From assembly GCA_028023455.1 (NCBI GenBank), contig JAQFVV010000003.1, positions 3,658,001 to 3,722,000 on the forward strand: a DNA stretch of 64,000 nucleotides, given 5' to 3'. Source of the DNA: Epiperipatus broadwayi (taxonomy: Eukaryota > Animalia > Onychophora). The notes under the pieces were generated by a model that worked only from the letters and a program-made list of their open reading frames with translations, ran no database searches and had not been told where the DNA came from. The position numbers were made by a program, and so were the translations under genes. Of the stretch, positions 14,414 through 25,424 are shown piece by piece (positions within the stretch are counted from its first letter, which is position 1; each line of letters starts with the position of its first letter).

Positions 14414-17282
14414 TGAAGCTATATATAAGCTTCATACCAACTTATAAATAAACAATATTTAACTGGTGACTTTCGATTTACAATTGAATAATATTTATTT
14501 TATGGAAAATTTATTTACTAAAAATTTATTAAAAAATATTTTATTCATTAAAAATTTATTAAAGGTACGTGTATTTTATGTAGTGGTGGGGATTAGAAAG
14601 AGAGCTGAGATTTAATGATTAATTAATATTCCAATTGTATATCCAGTTCTAGAAAATTGTAAGATTTAAAATTCAGCTAATTAAATTCCTGAATATTTTA
14701 GTTAGTAAAGGTAGATTAATTGTAGAACATAAGAATATTTATAATTGGTATAGAAATCTTATTTAAGTAAAAAAAAAAATCTCTTTGTATTTTATATTTA
14801 CAAAAATGTTTTCAATAATTTATCTTGAAGTGTTAATGTATGTTTAATTACTGCCAGGAATACTATAGATAAAAGACATTAGGAATTTGGAAAACTTTAC
14901 TAATTAATAAAATATATACAAGATTAAATTGTCATTTTAAACTGATCAAAACTGTTATAGCCAAAAATATATTTAATTAAAATTAATCTGTATGTCTTTT
15001 GTCTAATGTCGTATAAATACCTCAGAAAATGTTAAAGATTTTTTTTCTTATTCTTGTTATTGTTCTTCTGAGAAGAGTCTTCAAGATTATTATTAAGAAG
15101 TCGTGGCTGCTAGAAGCCCATACTATGCTAACCAGTGAGTAGAAAGCTTGTGTCCGCTTCCCATTTACCATCCCAGGTGAGCGTGAGTTCGGAATCCCGA
15201 TAGAATTGTGAACTTCTGCTCATCTGAAGTCTGCCAAAGTGAACCTGTATCAAGATTTCTGTCATCATCAAAGACTTCAGCCTGCAGCCCAAACTATCGT
15301 GCCATCATTTCTGAAATAAGAAGTCACCTAGTTAATTAACCCACCTTCAGCCAAATGCTTTCGAAGAACCAACCTGTCTTCATTCAATTCTTGATATCCG
15401 AGAAAAGGATCATCCAACACCATGTGAACTAGTGTCATGGAAGCTATTCGTTGTCTTTACATCTTAAGCTATTCTTCAGCCGTATTTTTAAACTCTTCAT
15501 AAGGATAAAGCAGAAATATTTGAACTCTAGACTTGAGATCTCTTCATTCCTATGATCGGTAAAATAGTTCATATGTATTTGATGTTCTCTTTTACTTGTA
15601 TAATTTATTTTATTTTGATAATTTTCTTTAATATTTGACTTTAATTAACCTATATTGTTAACAATGATCAAATAGATTGCTGGATGCAATCATTCTTAAA
15701 GTTTACATATATGTTAGATTTATTATTCTAAAAATCTGGTGACGGAGAACATCTTAAAAACAAACTAATTAATTAAAAGAGCAAAAATGTTTTAAACCCC
15801 TTTCATCACCTACCAAAGATTTTGGTTTTCTAAAATATAATCTGTCATGTATTTCAATTATAGATTTTACTTTTGCAATTAGATATCCAGATGTTTTTAT
15901 ACACAATTATAAAAGTTGAATTAGTTTTGAAAATAATGTTAAAATTGGGATTGATTTTCAATTTATTGGAAGGGACAAATATATGTCATTTGAATTACAT
16001 TAGGTGTGATAAGTCGAGCTATCTTACAATATATTTCTTTTAATGCTAAATCTGTAGGCTGGATCTTCAATTAAGCAGCATATTTGAATCTGTTAATTCA
16101 TTTAAATGTATTAGGCCTTAGTTTGACCAGTAAGGTAATATATGACCGCTTATTTAAACTTATAAGGTTGCCACTCATGTTTAGCTTTATTGATCTTGTA
16201 ATTTCAGGCTTTTATAGTTAAGTGTTATTTATCACTTTTCATTCTTAATTAAATTTGTGTTGCTGAGTTATTCAATTTTTCATTCATATATTTTCTTCAT
16301 TCCTGCTTTGGCGAAATGGATTTGCCAGACATTCCTATATATTATCATGCTAAAAATGGGCATATCTCTCATAATTTTATACTCGGAGGAACTTTGCCAT
16401 TATTTATAATATTATCGATACAGACACCCATTCCTGCATGATAGTAATAGTGTCATTACTGGTTGTAGGAGCAGACATATATTTCTGCTCTATAAGATCT
16501 TTTAATCCAATGGAATTCTTGGATACAGTCTCACCAAGGTGAGCCTACGCCATCTCTCTTTCATCATTGGATAGACTTCTGTGTTGTTCATAACTTGGCA
16601 CCGCTCTTTAAATTTATTAATGTATTTTAAAGCTTGAGATTCCAGTTTGCAGTCTATCATTATTCTGAATACGTGGCGGTCATCTATTCATGATTATAAT
16701 TATGATATAGTTAAATACATACTCTCATCTTAACTCTCCTTAATTATTCCTTAATTAATCATTAAATTACCATAGAATGTCCATCCGATAGATTATTAAG
16801 ACATATAACGTGGGTAGTTCCTCTATTAATATAAATTAGCAATAGTCAATCTGCTTAGTTGCTGATTAAAATTTTTATTTTATCATGTTAGAAATACAAT
16901 ATAATCTAAGATTTAAATCTTGACATATAAACTTTATTTCGCTTTTGTTTGTTTTATTATTGTTACTAATAAATCTATATACTCTACCTTTTGCATTCTG
17001 TGCCCTCTTTACTACGATTAATTAAATGTTATTTAGCACAGCTCTTGTATGTCCCTGACTTAGTGGGATATAAAATAAGTGCATACATGTTAATATCAGG
17101 TGCGTTGGTCATGTGGGAATTGTCCTCGGTCATTGGTAATGGAGTTCCACTTTGGACTGTTAGTGGTAATGTTTATATCGATGTTATACACAGACATGTG
17201 AGTTAGTGTCGTTACTTGGTTCCTAGGATTGGTTTAGTTAACTATACATATCTGACTATTACATATATTTATATATTTTATA
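14414..17282 (+). repeat. 5' LTR of the outer gypsy element (2869 bp)
   Basis: Starts TGAAGC and ends TTTTATA (decayed TTTTACA). Aligns collinearly with 28171-30867 at very roughly 80% identity by eye. TATAAATA at 15012-15019. Confidence 0.85.
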
Positions 17283-17285
17283 ATA

Positions 17286-17304
17286 TAGCGCTGCAACATG
17301 GGTC
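17286..17304 (+). promoter_or_regulatory. Decayed primer-binding-site-like sequence
   Basis: TAGCGCTGCAACATGGGTC lies 3 nt after the 5' LTR end and resembles TGGCGC-type PBSs. The tRNA species cannot be assigned. Confidence 0.55.
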
Positions 17305-17884
17305 ACAAGAATTACACTAACCACACCTTTGAAATAGATTCTATTCTTCTGTATTTTATAAATTGAGTTTTGTGTGTCTTAACATAAAAAAATTTTATTT
17401 TATTTTGCTAAGATGTAATTATTAGATGCAGATATACAAGGAAATTGTTTTTTTATAACTTTGTACATTTTACTTTATAGATATAGATTTTTTTCTTGTG
17501 ATGTTATGGACACAAATGCTTGTTGGTGATTTATGACTGTATGTGTATATATATTAATAGAAAATTGTTAAATTTTTGGTTTTTCTCATCATTTTACCAG
17601 GCTTGATTTAAGTCAACCATTGACTAAATGTTTTTATATTTCAGATGGAAAAGGGTGACCAACCTATAATAGAGCACAGAATTTTGTTTTCTCCCCAATA
17701 GGTATGAATTTTGTTTTATATATTAAAATTTTTAGTTTATAAGCAACTTACAACATAGGACTTCACACACACAACAGATGGAAATTGGGATTCAAATAAT
17801 GATTGCTCACTTGCAGTATGGATTGAGGAGCAGACCCATTTAGTGTATAAAAAGAAAAAAGGAAATTATTATTGAACTATAGAG

Positions 17885-19366
17885 ATGGATACCAGTACAG
17901 ACAGGGACATAAATAACACAGAATCCAATACTATTATTGAACCAGAAAATGACTTACTTGGAGCTCAAAGCCCAGAGATTACATTCAAGGAGCATCATAA
18001 AGTAATATATAATCAGGACCATGATAAGGAAGAAAATGATGATCAAAATAACAGAAAAGTAAAAAAACTACAATCTGAACAAATGACAAGAAAAATATCA
18101 GAACAAAGAGCAACTGCAATCTGAAACAAATGATGAGGGAAATGTCAGAACAAAGACAACTACAATCTAAACAAATGAGCAAAATATCAAAGCAAATGGA
18201 CTAAAATCTCAAAAATATTCTGGAGCTACAGATATGGAGTCAAATGAGAAAAGAAGTCCCACAAGAAAACCGGAAAGAACATGAGAGAGAAATAAATGAA
18301 CTAAAAAAAATGCAGAAGGAAATTAGAGAAGAAATGTTAAGAGATCAAAACTGAGTTTCACCAAATAGACCTAAAGGCCATGGAAAAAAGATAGAAGTAT
18401 TTAAGCACAGTCAGGCTAGCAGAAAGCCCAAAACAAATAAGCTGAAGATGGAAGGAGTTGAAAACATGATTATCAAGCTAAAAGAGGTTTATGACAAGAC
18501 TATTAGTCATGTGGAAAAGAAATTACAGGGTATGAAGATACAAAATATCACTGATACAAGAAGGCTTAAAGAAGAAGTAGAAGATAGAGCAAAGTCCCCT
18601 TCATACATAGAATCTGTGGGACTTCAAGCTATATATCCTCTTTAAACAACCAGGATGAACTCTAAACAACCAAGATGAATTGAAAAAGAAAGCCTGATGA
18701 GAAAAGAGATAACAATAATCAGTATGTAACCAAGTTTTTACAAATCAAGGATTCGAGAGTGATGTTGGAGAGAGTCCAATAGTGCATCTAGAAACTTTAA
18801 AAGAATTATATATTTTTCTACAAGTTAAGTGAAGAAAAGCAGATTGCTATTGCAAGTAACGTGTAAATTTCAAGACCCAAACTTTTGGAGAATACCATCT
18901 GGTATTGTTAAGGAGTTTTAGAGTGATGAAAGGCAAGACAGGATATTGCATAGAATCCCACAGGGTTCAATTAAGGTTGCTGATAGCCTTTCCATTCTCT
19001 GAAGGACAAATCATTTCTACTATCTGGTACAGTATGCTGGCGTAAATCTAGCAAATGATGTTGAGTAATTGTAGTAACAACATTGAAGAAATGGCAGAGG
19101 TATTTACAGCTATTAATTTTGTAACCTAGCCAAGGAACCATTGGAAAAAGTGAGAAGGCAAGATTCTCTCAAGTTGCATGAGGCTACCATGCAAACCATC
19201 TATGTCTCTAACCAAAACCAAGATGAAATTCCCAATCAACCACCTGATAGAAGGTGAAATAAGGAAAGTCAATGGAATCACTGGAACCAATTCAGAGCCG
19301 GCATTGCAAGCCATACTAAATTTAAGAAATGGCGTTTTCACAAGAACTATGGAAAACCAATCATAG
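17885..19366 (+). pseudogene. gag-like region remnant (K/E/Q-rich, coiled-coil-like, fragmented)
   Basis: ORF fragments 17885-18124, 18448-18645 and 19178-19366 between the PBS and protease. Assigned by position and composition only. Confidence 0.55.
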
Positions 19367-19379
19367 CCCATGATACAGA

Positions 19380-20445
19380 TAGAGATACAAGTAGAGATGG
19401 AAGGTTTATTGATCATTGCCTTATTGAATACCAGCAGTCAGGTTTCATTGATCTCTAAAGAATGATTTATGTAAATGAAGGAGCAGATAAACAGTCCCTA
19501 TCTTGCCAATTAGATAGATGCAGGTTAAGATGGCTGGGATGGATGAAATGCTAGGATAGAAACCACGCAGATATCAGTGGAAATGACCCTTGCTACCACC
19601 AAAGAAGAATATGTATTCCTGATCATATCGGACGTGATATAGAATGTGGTCCTTGGATTGGACTTCCTTAATAGGTACCATTGTGTCATAGATTATTGTC
19701 AGACGATATTTAAAATTAAGACGAATAGGATTGCATTTTTTGAGACGCCAGAGTATAAACAGATGCAGGTAAATTGTTTACAGAAAACCACTGATGAAAG
19801 CTTGATTCTAGAACAAATAGGTGCTTCTTCTTCTTTAACTAGTGAGGAAGAGAAGCAGAAGCTGATCGGAATCTTAGAAGATCATTCTTGGGTATTTTCT
19901 AACAAACCTGGTGTACAATACAGGGATAGATACAATGCATTAGGATCATCTTAAGAGGTAACCTATTTTCAAAGTCGCACATATCTCATTCCATTTCAAT
20001 ATAAAAAGGAGGTGGAGGACCCATTGCAACACATGATCAATTGGGAGTTTGTTGAGAAAAGTCCATCTCCATATAATAATCCCTTAATCGTAGTAAAGAA
20101 AAAAATGAATCTGTGCGATTATGTCTGGATGCACATAAGTGGAACGAAATCACTTTACCTGAAGAGACACCCCACTCTCTCATTCAGGAATTACTTTTTC
20201 ACTGGCCAACAATAATATTTTTTCAACTGTGGATCTGACTTGACTTCAAATTACTGGCAGATTGTACTTCATCCTCAGGACTGCAAGTATACCGCATTTA
20301 GATATAATGGCTATGCAGGCCTTTTGGACTAATTAACAATGGGGCAGGATTGTTGAGGTGTCTGGATCTATCAAGTGTTGTTGCTTGAACTAAAATATAT
20401 TTTAGTATGCTATGTGAACGTGTCTGCCAGTCCTGAAAGACATAT
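19380..20445 (+). pseudogene. pol remnant: aspartic protease and RT N-terminal part
   Basis: IALLNTSSQVSLIS (decayed LLDTGS), VLGLDFL, VFSNKPG, YNNPLIVVKKK, YWQIVLHPQDCKYTAF; interrupted at PERH|. Confidence 0.9.
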
Positions 20446-23400
20446 TGAAACAGTCAGATCTGTCAATCCTACTGTTTCACCTACTATATACTATAGTAGT
20501 ATTTCTATATATGTAACTATCACCAAATCCTCATATATCATGTTAATATTGTACTAAAATCAGGCTAAAATTAAACCTAAACATATTAGTCATGTATGTG
20601 TGCATATATCTTAGCATACAGTATGAAAATTGTATCTGCATATGTAAAAACCCATAAATACGCACATATATATTTCTAGTAGTAAATAAATGGAAAATGC
20701 TTCATATGTGTAACAAGAGACTACATATATGCAGGAAAGAATAATGTTAACAGAATTAAAACATTAGAAATTTCTTTAATTAGAATAATAGTTCTAAAAG
20801 TAATATTTGAAATTATTATATAATTCTGCATATATCGCTAAATTATATGATCGAGTTACATATATAATAAAATGTTTTTCATCTTTTAGATTTGTTTTTC
20901 TAAAAAGATGACTTCATAAAACTTAATCTTTCTCGCTGTGTTATGACCTAGTTACAAATTAAGTGTAAAAATAGATTTTTAAAAAAAAGTATGAATAAAT
21001 TATCCTGAGTGACCGAAGGAAAAACCGTGGTTGACTGAAAGTAAAACCCACCTGTAGAAAAATCAATCACAGTGGGATTCCACAATTTCTAAGAAGCAGC
21101 GAGAAAACTAGAAAAACAGATCTAAAAACTACTATGACAGGGGAAAGGGGGGTAAGCTGATATATAAGCCTCTGCAGCCATCTTTAATTCAGTCGGACAT
21201 TATTCTAAGTCAATTCGTTGACAAAGTCTTTTGTAAAATTGCTGATGATGATGAAGTCGGGGTAGAAAGCAACTTTTCTTGCTTTCTCGCCCTCTGGAAG
21301 ATCTACCAGATGCAGGGAACAGTGTAGTAAGAGCCGACACCACCTAAGAAGAAGTCCCTCAACAATGAAGCCAACTTGCCAGCAGAAAGAAGATAGCGGT
21401 AACCAACTCCCTCAAATTAAAGTTAACTTTTCAACTAAAATTCATTAATTCTTATAAGCTAGCTAAATCTAAAATCTATGGCCAAATTAATAATGTATTT
21501 TAAACTCACCACTTAAATGTAATTTTTTTTTTTTATTATTTCAATCCTAAAATCTTGCCTGATTTAGTTACTGATTTGATTTTCAGATTTATTCATTTAT
21601 TTATTGGTTTACTTACTGAACTTATTTGCTGATTTATTTCTGATTGATTTAGTTGCAACGTATTTATCTTATTCTAAGTTATTAAAACTGATTTAGTTTT
21701 AACTTGCTCTAATCATTTGATTTTAAATGATAACTTTTCGTACGTATAATCCTAAATGATTTACTTTAAAATAATAATTAAATTTCTAAGTTAATTTACA
21801 TATTTTAACTTCATGATAATATTTGATTTTATTAATTCTCATAGATAATTTAAATCTATACTAAACTGAATCAATCAAATCTTAGCTAATGTTGTTTCAA
21901 TTTCCTTTTAAACTAAGCTAAAATAAAGCCAAATTTCAGATTTCATTTACGTGAAATCTTATCTTTAAATGTATATTTTTTTTAGTTAAATCTATGCCAT
22001 GTTTTATTTTATTTCAGTTATGTATTTGTTTATGCTATATTTGTTCAAAACGGAGTTTTACTCTTAGTTAAATAATTAGTGAGAAGCAATATGTAATTTT
22101 ACATTTATTAATGCATAAAAGAAACTCCATTCTGAAAAGGATAAAATGTCTTATTTAAGATATAATTAAAAGCTTACAGCTACTCTTAGATAGGTTTGCT
22201 TTAAATGTGATATTTGATAAAAATTAACCGAAACGATAAAGTACAGCATAACTCTATAACTTTGTATCGTAATTATCCATAATATGCTGTAGTCCTCCCT
22301 AGAATTATATGAATGCCTGTATAGATAGCTTTATAAATAAGATTCATAAGCTTTCCTGAATAGCATAATTATACATGCTATATAATGAACTGATCTACGG
22401 TAGTTTCATGAAGGAAACTTGTTTAGCGTCCTAATTTTATTATATAATAATGTGGTCAGTGGTGCAAATGTGTCCTTAAGAAGCGCTATGGCGAATATAC
22501 TTGTTGTTGTATGTATTTCTTTAATGGGTGTATGTGTAAGGGCTACCCCATTACTCCCTTAGTTCGGACAACTACCTCTTTCAGATGGTGGTCGGGTATG
22601 CACCACCCCATTCTGCATCCTCAGAAATGGAGCATGAGGCTCCCACAGATTACATTAGTTGTTCGATCTCCGGACTAAAAGGTCTCTTATTTCCACAGCA
22701 ATGAGTATGGTGAAAAGGGAACCGGTACTTAGTACAAATCCCATGAAAAAGGCACGTATTCGAGATGTAGGGACTCAGATTGTATATTTCCTATACACCT
22801 TGGTATCTGAAGTCTTACTGCCAATCATCAGTTCATCTCGCCATAATAATTGTATCTTTCAGCTTTGATCTGAATTCGAATCTAATTTCATAGGCATATA
22901 AGCTATATAGAGAATATATTAATTATTCGCACTTAATAAAATGGTCTTTATAAATGTTAGTAATCACTTCTGCTAGCTCTAAAGCAAATCTAGATCCTGT
23001 TATATAGCATAAACTAGGCATAGATCATCAAGAGCAAATTAAACTAATTCTTAACGTAATAAATCTCATGAAATTTGTAACTTAAAATGTACAAACCTTC
23101 ATCACCTGTGAGTGATAGACATATATATAGCGAAATAAATTAAACTATTTGTAACCTAAAACTATAATCACCTGCGAGTGATTGGAAATGCTATATATAT
23201 AAACCGTAAATGCTTATATCCAAAATCATCACCTGTGAGTGATATACATATGTATGACACTTCGAATAATGTAACTAATTTGTAACCAAAAAATTAATAT
23301 CACCTGCGGGTGATTTCACGTCATATATATATGTAAACCAAACTACATGTAATTCAGTAAACCATAAATGATTATATCTTAAATCATCACCTGCGTGTGA

Positions 23401-23904
23401 ACCCAAAACTTAAATGTTAAATTGTATCCCTAACTTAATCACCTGCGAGTGAGACAATCCATATAATCATTGTATTTATTATTTCATTTATTAATTTTAT
23501 TATTTGGTTTTCATTAAATTAATTTAAACTTAATTTTTGCTCAGTGTCTCGAAATTGCTCATTTTTAAGTCATTATTGATTAGTTAATTATTAGTTAAGA
23601 ATCACAATCCATATTTGATAATTATGTTCTGCCACATACATCGTCTATATAGCTATACTAGTTAGAATATCAATTTCCCATAGTCTTGTGCTTTACTGAT
23701 GTTCTACTGCCGGCACATGATGAAAGAGAATGCTACTGTGGCTTTATATGTGTCATCCATAAGGTAGTAAATCTTTGAGCATTAGTAAAGGAACTGGAGC
23801 TATATCAGACATGTGGTTGTCTCCATCTTATTGCTGGTCAGCCTTGGGATGATTTACTAAAACTCTGGATTTTGTTGCGCGAATGTACATATTTTATCGT
23901 TACA
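20446..23904 (+). mobile_element. Nested solo LTR 1 (3459 bp) inserted in RT
   Basis: TGAAAC...CGTTACA with ATAT on both sides (20442-20445, 23905-23908). Removing it restores CCT GAA AGA CAT ATG AAA CAT CTC = PERHMKHL. TATATAA at 21161 and TCAGT at 21189. Confidence 0.92.
23101..23452 (+). repeat. Six copies of ATCACCTGYGNGTGA separated by divergent AT-rich spacers
   Basis: Copies start at 23101, 23167, 23228, 23299, 23386 and 23438. Confidence 0.95.
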
Positions 23905-24710
23905 ATATGAAACATCTCATCAGATTTCTTGAAAAATGTAAAAAGAAAAACATAACGTTAAATTTACAGAAGAGTTATTCTTTGGCTCTGGAAATCTCTT
24001 TTTTGGATCACTTGATCAGTGGGCAAGCATAACCTGATAAAATTTTGGCCATATAAAACTTTTCAAGACCCACAAGTAGAAAACAGATAAGATCCTTCAT
24101 GGGGCTGTGGAACTTTTATTGTAGAATTTATGAAAACTACCAAGGATGCAACCTCATTACTTCTTTTACTTCAGCAGGATCATCGATGGAATTGGTTCAC
24201 AGCCCAAGAACAGGATTTTTAATCCTATTAAGGAAAATTTCTTGAAGGCTGTAATACTTTTTCATCTTGATTTTACCTGCTATTTTTATCTGCAGACAAC
24301 TGGTAGGGGCTGGGTGTGGGTGCTTTTTTAGTTGGATGATTACAAAAAACCATACATTTTATACTTCTATGGTAGGACTCTTAGGGATACCAAATAAAAC
24401 TATACTATCGCCAAAGAAGAAGCATTAGAAATTGTATGAGGATGTGGGAAATTTCAAGCAGTTTCTAATGGGGTCCAAGGTCATCATTGTCACAGATCAC
24501 AATTGTCTGGAGATATTTAACTGGAGACGCCTGACCAATGACCATCTTATTCTGTGGTCATTCTTACAGAAGTTCACATATAAGATTCTCCATTGCCTAG
24601 GGCCAAAGAATATAGTGGCAAATGTACTGAGCCATCATTCAATTAATCTACCGCAACAGAACCTCATCATAGAGAATGTGCATGCGACCACCATAATGCG
24701 GCTATGATTA
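23905..24710 (+). pseudogene. pol remnant: RT C-terminal part and RNase H
   Basis: MKHLIRFLEKC...NLQKS...ISFLDHLIS...RKQIRSFMGLWNFY; RNase H VIIVTDH and GPKNIVANVLS. Confidence 0.9.
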
Positions 24711-24899
24711 TGAGGGCTTTGACCCTTGAAAGCGCTTAGCTATTTAATGGAATAGATATTAAAATAAAAAAAATAATATATATTTTCTTTATTTGTTTTT
24801 AGCTTTGTGTGCTTGTGCATGTTAGCACATTTTATATATTTTGATTTATAACTAGCCACAAAGTATAAACTGTTTGCTTATTTCATATCTCTCCTTGTA

Positions 24900-25424
24900 A
24901 ATGAATCAGTAGAACTGCTCAAATCCTGAGGATGGGTCACAGCTATAAATTAGAAAATGACTTGTTATTCTAATCCATGGAGGACAGCATGTATCTATGG
25001 ACATGGTCCTCGGAAAACCAAACAGGCCGTAGGACAACAGTTTCATCGGCACAAATGTACTCCAGCATTCTCTATTGTACAGAAATGCAGGTATGTTATA
25101 ATAACAAACCTCCAAACATATTGTACATGGAAATCAGCCATTACATTTTTTCATAAGACCCAAACAAAGTACTTTCTGTTGACCACTATGGACCCCTGCC
25201 ACCCATTAAATGAATCAAGTTTCTAATGGTGACCTGCAATGTATTTTCTAAATATTTGGCTGACTATCCATTATACCAGCAGATGCTCATAATACGATAA
25301 GGGCCTTCTATCATAAACAGTTTCCAGCAGTCGGGAAACCCAGCTATTTTTTCTGACCATGGATCCCCATTTACGTCCAGGGAATGGAAGATATGGATGA
25401 AGAAGAATGAAATAAGACCCATAC
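24900..25424 (+). pseudogene. pol remnant: integrase catalytic core, N-terminal part
   Basis: LSVDHYGPLP and SDHGSPFTSREW correspond to the first two acidic residues of the DDE motif; interrupted at IRPI|. Confidence 0.85.

Noticed and set aside
23101-23452. CRISPR-array interpretation of the repeat-spacer pattern
   Set aside because: Repeats are only 15 bp, spacers are related to each other and vary from 37 to 72 bp, the context is a eukaryotic LTR, and no cas genes are present.
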